Shown: positions 58,179-64,000 of the stretch, one piece after another
Layout of the letters: every line of letters begins with the position of its first letter
How positions within the stretch are numbered: position 1 is the stretch's first letter
Assembly: GCA_041649175.1 (NCBI GenBank)
Contig: JBAZNR010000002.1
Span: 321,766-385,765 of the forward strand
Direction of reading: 5' to 3'
DNA from: Candidatus Omnitrophota bacterium
GTDB lineage: Bacteria; Omnitrophota; Gorgyraeia; Zapsychrales; JBAZNR01
DNA length: 64,000 bases
Position numbers and translations under genes: made by a program
Notes under the pieces: generated by a model
Database searches by the model: none
Told to the model about the DNA's origin: nothing
Seen by the model: only the letters and a program-made list of their open reading frames with translations

Positions 58179-59123
58179 CTATTTTCTTTTAATGGCTTTT
58201 CGGGCGGCAGCGGCAATATCCACGTCTTTAAGCCCATATTTCTTGAGCAACCCTTGCGGATCTCCGGACTCTCCGAATGAATCGTGAACAGCTACCATTT
58301 CTAAAGGTGTGGGATGATTTTGGGATAAGACTTCGGCAACCGCGCTTCCTAATCCGCCGTTGATCTGATGTTCTTCGGCAGTAACGATCGCGCCGGTTTT
58401 TTTAGCTGATTCAATAATAGCATTTTGATCAATGGGTTTTATGGTATGCATGTTAATGACGCGAGCTTCAATGCCTTCTTTTTTCAAAAGCTCGGCGGCT
58501 TGGAGAGATTCATGAACCATCAATCCACAGCCAATGAGTGTGACATCTTTACCTTCTCTGAGGATATTCGCCTTACCAATGGTAAAAGAATCTGATTCTT
58601 TCGTTAAAACCGGAAACGGCGCTCGGCTGGTGCGCATATAAACGGGGCCTTTAAAATCAACAATAGCACGTGTTGCCTTGCGCGCTTCAATGGTATCAAC
58701 CGGACAGAGCACAACGATGTTAGGCAAAACGCGCATGATCGCAAAATCTTCCAAACACTGAGCTGATGCCCCGTCTTCTCCCACCGTAACTCCCGCATGC
58801 GAACAGACCACTTTAACATTACAGTTGTTATAGCAGACATCCAAGCGGATCATATCATACGCGCGATTGGTAAGAAAAACCGCAAAGGAAGTTGCGAACG
58901 GAATAAATCCCACACAGCTTAAGCCCGCCGCCGTTGCGACCACATCTTGCTCAGTAATCCCTAAATTGAAAAATCGTTCCGGAAATTTAAATTTGAAATA
59001 TTCGGCGCGTGTCGCGTCTTCCAGGTCACCGGACAAAACAACAATATTTTTATTTTTATGACCCAACTCAACTAACTCTTCGCCAAAACCATCGCGCGTA
59101 GGGATCATTTTAAGATCAGACAT
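58179..59123 (-). CDS. Transketolase, C-terminal (pyrimidine-binding) subunit
   Basis: Split transketolase B subunit (FNLGITEQ ... ). 314 aa. Confidence 0.88.
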   Translation of the reverse strand: MSDLKMIPTRDGFGEELVELGHKNKNIVVLSGDLEDATRAEYFKFKFPERFFNLGITEQDVVATAAGLSCVGFIPFATSFAVFLTNRAYDMIRLDVCYNNCNVKVVCSHAGVTVGEDGASAQCLEDFAIMRVLPNIVVLCPVDTIEARKATRAIVDFKGPVYMRTSRAPFPVLTKESDSFTIGKANILREGKDVTLIGCGLMVHESLQAAELLKKEGIEARVINMHTIKPIDQNAIIESAKKTGAIVTAEEHQINGGLGSAVAEVLSQNHPTPLEMVAVHDSFGESGDPQGLLKKYGLKDVDIAAAARKAIKRK

Positions 59124-59952
59124 GGTTTCCCTCGCTTAATTCTTTGAGAGCCGCTTCGAGTTGTTCTTTATTAGGAGCTTTTCCGTGCCATTTGGATTGG
59201 CCCTCCATAAATGAAACACCTTTCCCCTTAATGGTGTTGGCAAGAATAACTGTCGGCTTGTTTTTAATCGTATCTGCTTTATCAAACGCGTCTTTTAATT
59301 CTTTTAAATTGTGGCCGTCAACCTCCAAAACAAACCAGCCAAAACTTTCCCATTTGGCTTTTAATGGTTCCAAACTCTTAATTTCATTCGTCGGACCGTT
59401 TTCTTGAACTTTATTGCAATCAACAATAGCGCATAGATTGTCGATCTTGTGATGCGCCGCGGTCATCGCCGCTTCCCAAACGGAACCTTCCTGAATTTCG
59501 CCGTCGCCCATCACGCAATATGTTCTAAAATCTTTTTTTAAAAGCCTGGCACCCAAAGCGATCCCATTAGCGACCGATAGCCCGTGACCTAGAGAGCCGG
59601 TACTAAATTCCACGCCAGGAACTTTTGTGTGAACATGGCCCTGCAAACGGCTGCCCAATTTTCGAAATGTTTTAAGTTCATCTTTTGGAAAATAGCCGCA
59701 ATTGGCCAGGGTCACGTAAACAACCGGCGAAACATGCCCTTTCGAGACAATGAGCCGATCACGGTCGTCCCAGCGAGGATTTTTCGGATCGTGCTTTAAT
59801 TTATAAAAATAAAGGGTTAAAAAGATTTCGACGGCCGATAAAGACCCTCCGGGATGGCCAGAACCGGAACAGAAAAGTGTTTCGAGGATTTCTTTGCGCA
59901 GCTGTACGGCTTTTATCTTTAATGCGGCAATATCAAAAGGCTTGGCAGACAA
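59116..59952 (-). CDS. Transketolase, N-terminal (thiamine diphosphate-binding) subunit
   Basis: SGSGHPGGSLS and GDGE TPP-binding motifs. 278 aa. Confidence 0.88.
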   Translation of the reverse strand: MSAKPFDIAALKIKAVQLRKEILETLFCSGSGHPGGSLSAVEIFLTLYFYKLKHDPKNPRWDDRDRLIVSKGHVSPVVYVTLANCGYFPKDELKTFRKLGSRLQGHVHTKVPGVEFSTGSLGHGLSVANGIALGARLLKKDFRTYCVMGDGEIQEGSVWEAAMTAAHHKIDNLCAIVDCNKVQENGPTNEIKSLEPLKAKWESFGWFVLEVDGHNLKELKDAFDKADTIKNKPTVILANTIKGKGVSFMEGQSKWHGKAPNKEQLEAALKELSEGNHV

Positions 59953-59995
59953 TGATCTTCCTTCTGTTGGTATTCTCTGGTATTTTCACGGATAT

Positions 59996-60071
59996 TGGTG
60001 GGCCATGCAGGACTCGAACCTGCCACCCTCTGATTAAGAGTCAGATGCTCTACCAGATGAGCTAATGGCCC
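59996..60071 (-). tRNA. tRNA-Lys (anticodon CTT), CCA encoded
   Basis: Reverse complement folds as gggccat ... ctcttaa ... ggttcgagtcc ... atggccc a cca. Confidence 0.85.
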
Positions 60072-60178
60072 TAAATTTCAAAAAAGCGAAAGTATTATAA
60101 CATTGAAACAAAATTAGGCAAGATTTTAAACCACAAAAGAATTAAGTTAATTTTCTCTTCCAATATCAAAAACGATTC

Positions 60179-60207
60179 TTGAACTAAAAACTTTCGTAGA
60201 GTACAAT
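60179..60207 (+). promoter_or_regulatory. Promoter TTGAAC-17-TACAAT for the serine protease gene
   Basis: Read from sequence. Confidence 0.4.
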
Positions 60208-60248
60208 GGGAGAAGTTATTCAAGCAAAAATTCATTTCTAATACGCTA

Positions 60249-61013
60249 ATGACCAGAAATACTTTATTTCTTTTTATTTTTTTCCTTGTGACAATAAATA
60301 CATGGTCGAAATCTGCCCTGGCCCAGCCATCCATCATTGAAACCGTACAAAACACACTTCCCTCGATCGTCACTATTCAATCCGAAAATGCCGGGCTTTT
60401 GTCGGACCAGCGCCCCGCAGCCGCCTTTGACAAACAATCCGGACGGATCATCGTCCTTAGAAACGTAAAAACAGCACAATACAATCGAAACGGTTCCGGC
60501 GTCATCATTGACCCTCGAGGCATTATCGCCACCAATGCGCACATCGTTAAGCAGTCAGGGCGAGTTACCGTAACCTTGGATGACAAAACAGAAATTCCCG
60601 CTAAAATTCTAGGCATCATTGAAAAAGAAGATCTAGCCCTCTTGCATATTACGGCGCCACATCCTCTGAGAGTCATTGAATTCGCCGATTCTGACCAAAT
60701 AAAATTAGATGATGAGGTTGTAATGGTCGGCGGCTCCGAGCTTCTTACTGACACAATTTCCGGAGGAAGGATCATTGGGATAGGCTCACACGCATCTGAG
60801 CAACAACCTGACGATGCTAAAACTGCTCTTCTGCAAGTTGATATGAACTTATACCGCGGCGACAGTGGCGGGCCGGTTTTTGATACCAAAGGCCACTTGG
60901 TCGGGCTCATCGTTGCGGGACAAAAAACAAAAGATCGTTCCAGTTTTATTATTCCGTCCAACCAGATAAAGAAAAGATACCTTGAATTCTTAAGCCATCC
61001 AACAAATCCTTAA
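60249..61013 (+). CDS. Secreted trypsin-like (S1 family, HtrA-like without PDZ) serine protease
   Basis: Signal peptide. Catalytic triad motifs TNAHIV, DLALL and GDSGGPV. Confidence 0.75.
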   Translation: MTRNTLFLFIFFLVTINTWSKSALAQPSIIETVQNTLPSIVTIQSENAGLLSDQRPAAAFDKQSGRIIVLRNVKTAQYNRNGSGVIIDPRGIIATNAHIVKQSGRVTVTLDDKTEIPAKILGIIEKEDLALLHITAPHPLRVIEFADSDQIKLDDEVVMVGGSELLTDTISGGRIIGIGSHASEQQPDDAKTALLQVDMNLYRGDSGGPVFDTKGHLVGLIVAGQKTKDRSSFIIPSNQIKKRYLEFLSHPTNP

Positions 61014-61032
61014 GGAAGATTCAAAAACATTT

Positions 61033-63570
61033 ATGAAAAACATATTCAGCTCTTCCGCCAAGAAAATCATCATCTATGTCCTGATCTTTTTAAGCTCCGC
61101 GGCGATCGGAGTTTATTTCCGGCTCTACCCATTTTTAAACTACACCTCATCCGCGGCCAGCGAAAAAGCCAGCTTACTCGTCGTAACGCGCCTAAAAAGC
61201 GCCACTCAACACGATATTCAGAAAAAATTCCCCCAAATGCCTCCCTCGCAGCAAAATCAAATCGCCGAGGAGGAATTCAATAAACTCGTTCGGAAAAACA
61301 AGGCAAATGTCCGCCTTAGCATTGATAAAATGGCCAAAGAAATTGACCTGACCGAAACTGACCGCGATAACGGGCCTTATCTTTTAGAAGCCGACCCTTA
61401 CTACTATTTTTCCCTGACTCGAAATATCGTTCGAACCGGAAAAATCGCCGACACCATTAAAGGAAGCAAATACCTCAACAAGTTGATGCTAGCGCCCACA
61501 GAACACTGGGAACCATTCACACTGCATCCCTTCGTGGGATTTGGGTTTTATAAAATACTTTCTTTTTTTAACCGCAACATTGAACTTATGCAAGCGGTTG
61601 GTTTTGTCCCGATCGTTCTCTTTATTTTATGCCTCATCCCTTATTCTATGATATGGAACTTACTGGGATGCGGCCGGATCTCCTCTTTCCTCGGCACCAT
61701 TTTTCTTTCGCTTTCTCCCATGTTCCTTCAACGAAGTGCTTGGGGCTGGTACGACAACGACCCTTATAATGTCTTTTTCGCTCCCTTGATCTTAGCTTTC
61801 CTATTTCTAGGAATAGACCGCCTAAGAAAAAACCAAGTCAAATCGGCTTTTGGCATCGCCGTCGCCTGCTCCTCTTTAATTACTCTTTATGCATTTTTCT
61901 GGCAAGGATGGGTTTATATCTTAAGCATTATTTTTTTGGCAAGCATCGCAATGCTCATTTATAACCATTTTGGTAAAAAAGAAAAACTGCGGACAAAAGA
62001 TCTTTTTTTCTATCTTGCTATCGTGCAATTAACGAGTTTGGTTGGCATTGGGGTCACGTTCGGAGCCAAAGAATTCTTCATTCTCTTTCTGGAAGGCTGG
62101 AATGCGCTGAAGAATTTCTTAACTCCTCAATTAAGGCTTTGGCCGGATCTTTTTATCAGCGTCGGAGAACTTAAGAAAACTTCCCTCAACAATATTATTT
62201 CACTGGACGGAGGAATAGCCGTCTTTTCATTCGCCGTCCTCGGGCTTGTCGGATACGGCATCAGAGCTTTTAGGGCCTCAAAAAAAGAAGATCCGCTAAA
62301 ATTCATTGCTATCGCCTTTTTATTCTTTTTTTCTTTATTTATCGCGTTACGCGCCGAACGTTTTGCGCTGCTTTCGCTTATTGCGCTTAGCATCCTTTTT
62401 CCTTATGGATTACAATATGCTTTTGAAAGATCAAGGAATATTCTTGCCGCAAAATTAGCTTTCTTGCCTTTTAAGGTAACTTTCTATGCTTTCATTTCCT
62501 TAGGGCTGTGCACAATGCTCTTTTTTTCTATTCGAACCGCGCATAATTTTTCTTTAGAACAAAGGCCGATCTTCAACGCAATATGGGATAAGGCATTGAC
62601 CAAAATAAGATCTGATACTCCCGAAGAAAGCATCGTTAACTCCTGGTGGCCGCCCGGACATTTTATTACTTCGATGGCTCAGCGGCGCGTCACATTTGAC
62701 GGAGCGACCATCAACAATCCGCAGGCTTACTGGCTTGCCAACGTCTTTTTAAGTCAAAATGAGCGGCAAGCTCTAGGCATTTTACGAATGATCAATAACA
62801 GCGCAAACCAGGCAAGCGAATATTTACAAAGCCTCGGAATAAAACTTTCCGTTGCTGTTGCAAAGATCCATCAAGTTACATCGCTTAACGCGCGCGATGC
62901 CGCTATAGCTCTTGGGGACATTCTAACCGAAGAACAAGTTGAGCATTTACTATCCTTAACACATGCTCTTCCCCCTTCATCATATTTCTTTCTTTACAAT
63001 GACATGGTCGAAAAAAATCTAGAATTGGGTTTTGTGGGTCGATGGAATTTCAAAAAGATGGAAGAAATAAGCGCTGATAAGAAACTATTAAAACAAGTTC
63101 CGCCGCGTAACTCGCCGCAATACATACGCTTTTTATGGGACACCATCGGAGGGCCTCTAAACTATAGCGAAATTTTTGTCCAGCGCGCCGTCTTGAACAA
63201 TGTGGTGCATTTCCCTAACGGCTTAAGAATAAACTTAAACGATATGAATTGCGCTTTGATATCCGAGCAATCAAAGATAGGGATCCCACAAAGCATTTTC
63301 TATCTAGAAAATAATGACGTGATTGAAAAGAAATTCGCTAATGCTAATTTATCTTTTTCGGTTTTATTGTTCCAGGAAAAAAATCGCTACTCTTGCCTTT
63401 TTCTTGACCCGCGGCTTGGTAATTCACTTCTTATGCGGCTCTACTTTTTTGATGGCAAAGGGTTACGATACATTACACCCTTCACAAAAGAGCAAGATCT
63501 GACCGGCCGGACAAAAATATCTGTTTTTGAAGTCGATTGGAAGAAATTTACGGCAGACACTCAATTTTAA
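61033..63570 (+). CDS. STT3/AglB/PglB-like oligosaccharyltransferase candidate (13-TM N-domain + about 300-aa C-terminal external domain)
   Basis: EADPYYYF (EL1, cf. Stt3 DPYFNYR), WYDNDP (EL2 DxD), ISVGELK (EL5, cf. SVSE/TIxE) and SWWPPGH directly after the last TM (cf. WWDYG). Topological order matches STT3. Confidence 0.5.
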   Translation: MKNIFSSSAKKIIIYVLIFLSSAAIGVYFRLYPFLNYTSSAASEKASLLVVTRLKSATQHDIQKKFPQMPPSQQNQIAEEEFNKLVRKNKANVRLSIDKMAKEIDLTETDRDNGPYLLEADPYYYFSLTRNIVRTGKIADTIKGSKYLNKLMLAPTEHWEPFTLHPFVGFGFYKILSFFNRNIELMQAVGFVPIVLFILCLIPYSMIWNLLGCGRISSFLGTIFLSLSPMFLQRSAWGWYDNDPYNVFFAPLILAFLFLGIDRLRKNQVKSAFGIAVACSSLITLYAFFWQGWVYILSIIFLASIAMLIYNHFGKKEKLRTKDLFFYLAIVQLTSLVGIGVTFGAKEFFILFLEGWNALKNFLTPQLRLWPDLFISVGELKKTSLNNIISLDGGIAVFSFAVLGLVGYGIRAFRASKKEDPLKFIAIAFLFFFSLFIALRAERFALLSLIALSILFPYGLQYAFERSRNILAAKLAFLPFKVTFYAFISLGLCTMLFFSIRTAHNFSLEQRPIFNAIWDKALTKIRSDTPEESIVNSWWPPGHFITSMAQRRVTFDGATINNPQAYWLANVFLSQNERQALGILRMINNSANQASEYLQSLGIKLSVAVAKIHQVTSLNARDAAIALGDILTEEQVEHLLSLTHALPPSSYFFLYNDMVEKNLELGFVGRWNFKKMEEISADKKLLKQVPPRNSPQYIRFLWDTIGGPLNYSEIFVQRAVLNNVVHFPNGLRINLNDMNCALISEQSKIGIPQSIFYLENNDVIEKKFANANLSFSVLLFQEKNRYSCLFLDPRLGNSLLMRLYFFDGKGLRYITPFTKEQDLTGRTKISVFEVDWKKFTADTQF

Positions 63571-63578
63571 AAATAACT

Positions 63579-64000
63579 TTATTGGGGATTTGTGTCAGGA
63601 GGATTTTCTAGACTAACATTGCCCCGGACGCCAATTCTTGTGCTGATCGGTGCTGAACGTCGTCGAGGCGCAGAAGGCGGAGGATTCTCGCCATATTCCA
63701 GAACTCTCTTCTCTTCGAGTTGAGATTTTTCCGGAGGCAAGATTTTCCCTTTGACCCGTATTTTTGTAACCCCTCCAAAACTACTCGGAGGCTCTTCAAC
63801 AACTTTTTTCTTCTCTCCGGATCTAACCAAAACGCCTTTTTCCTGGACCGGAAAAGGCTGAATATCAACCAGGGGGCCTTCTTCTCCGGGAACAGGATAA
63901 TGGCCGCGAATTAGATTTTCAAGCCTGGTCGCCAAATCGTCCTGGCTAAGTTCTCGCAAGTTCGTAATCGATTCCAGGGTTAATTCACTTTGATCGTTCA
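63579..64000 (-). CDS. Hypothetical protein, C-terminal part (gene continues beyond window end)
   Basis: Minus-strand frame is open to the window edge. Pro/Glu-rich, no motif recognised. Confidence 0.3.
   Translation of the reverse strand, partial: NDQSELTLESITNLRELSQDDLATRLENLIRGHYPVPGEEGPLVDIQPFPVQEKGVLVRSGEKKKVVEEPPSSFGGVTKIRVKGKILPPEKSQLEEKRVLEYGENPPPSAPRRRSAPISTRIGVRGNVSLENPPDTNPQ

Noticed and set aside
59877-60065. ORF 59877..60065 (+)
   Set aside because: It lies antisense to tRNA-Lys and the transketolase start region, with no RBS or context.
831-60961. Numerous 60-200 aa ORFs antisense to or nested within long genes (e.g. 831..1037, 1541..1816, 16129..16617, 33268..33615, 60377..60961)
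   Set aside because: Each is fully embedded in a confidently identified gene on the opposite strand or in another frame. No motifs or start signals. Treated as shadow ORFs.
1-64000. CRISPR arrays, integrase/transposase/recombinase genes, toxin-antitoxin or restriction-modification modules
   Set aside because: No short regularly spaced repeats and no recognisable mobile-element or defence enzymes were seen in any frame. The only mobile-element trace is the tRNA-Gly 3' duplication.

Overview
This is a gene-dense ~64 kb chromosomal segment of roughly 45% GC. It appears to come from an uncultivated, probably anaerobic bacterium. Most of it is core metabolism: PPi-type PFK, archaeal-type iPGM, GTP-PEPCK, split transketolase plus transaldolase, an Asp-family cluster (hom-thrC, lysC), cimA/leuA-like, valS, gpsA, nadC, and a heme/siroheme block (hemL-hemB-hemC'/cobA/hemD fusion-sirC). 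A beta-oxidation block (thiolase, FadB-like, acyl-CoA DH) is also present. There are five tRNAs: Thr, Tyr and Gly in one cluster, plus Pro and Lys. No CRISPR array, integrase or transposase was seen. The less ordinary content is as follows. (i) A 40-nt duplication of the tRNA-Gly 3' half lies 53 bp after the tRNA, an att-site-like footprint, next to a tRNA-like fragment. (ii) Three paralogous stand-alone PilZ (c-di-GMP receptor) genes occur, together with a sequence that closely matches the c-di-GMP-I (GEMM) riboswitch. That element, with a terminator expression platform, sits in front of a small type-IV-pilin/PilX-like operon. (iii) A three-subunit molybdenum hydroxylase (FAD/2Fe-2S/Moco) with MocA-like and XdhC accessory genes carries a non-CODH, XDH-like active-site motif. 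(iv) A cNMP-binding/degenerate MinD-like/patatin phospholipase tri-domain protein is present. (v) A histidine kinase is followed by two tandem receiver-only regulators sharing an unusual insertion. (vi) An 845-aa polytopic membrane protein has DPYYYF, DND, SVGEL and post-TM13 WWxxG motifs arranged as in STT3/AglB/PglB oligosaccharyltransferases. Together with GT2 and GT-C-like genes elsewhere in the window, this points to a possible protein-glycosylation capacity. All calls are made by eye from motifs; none are database-verified.
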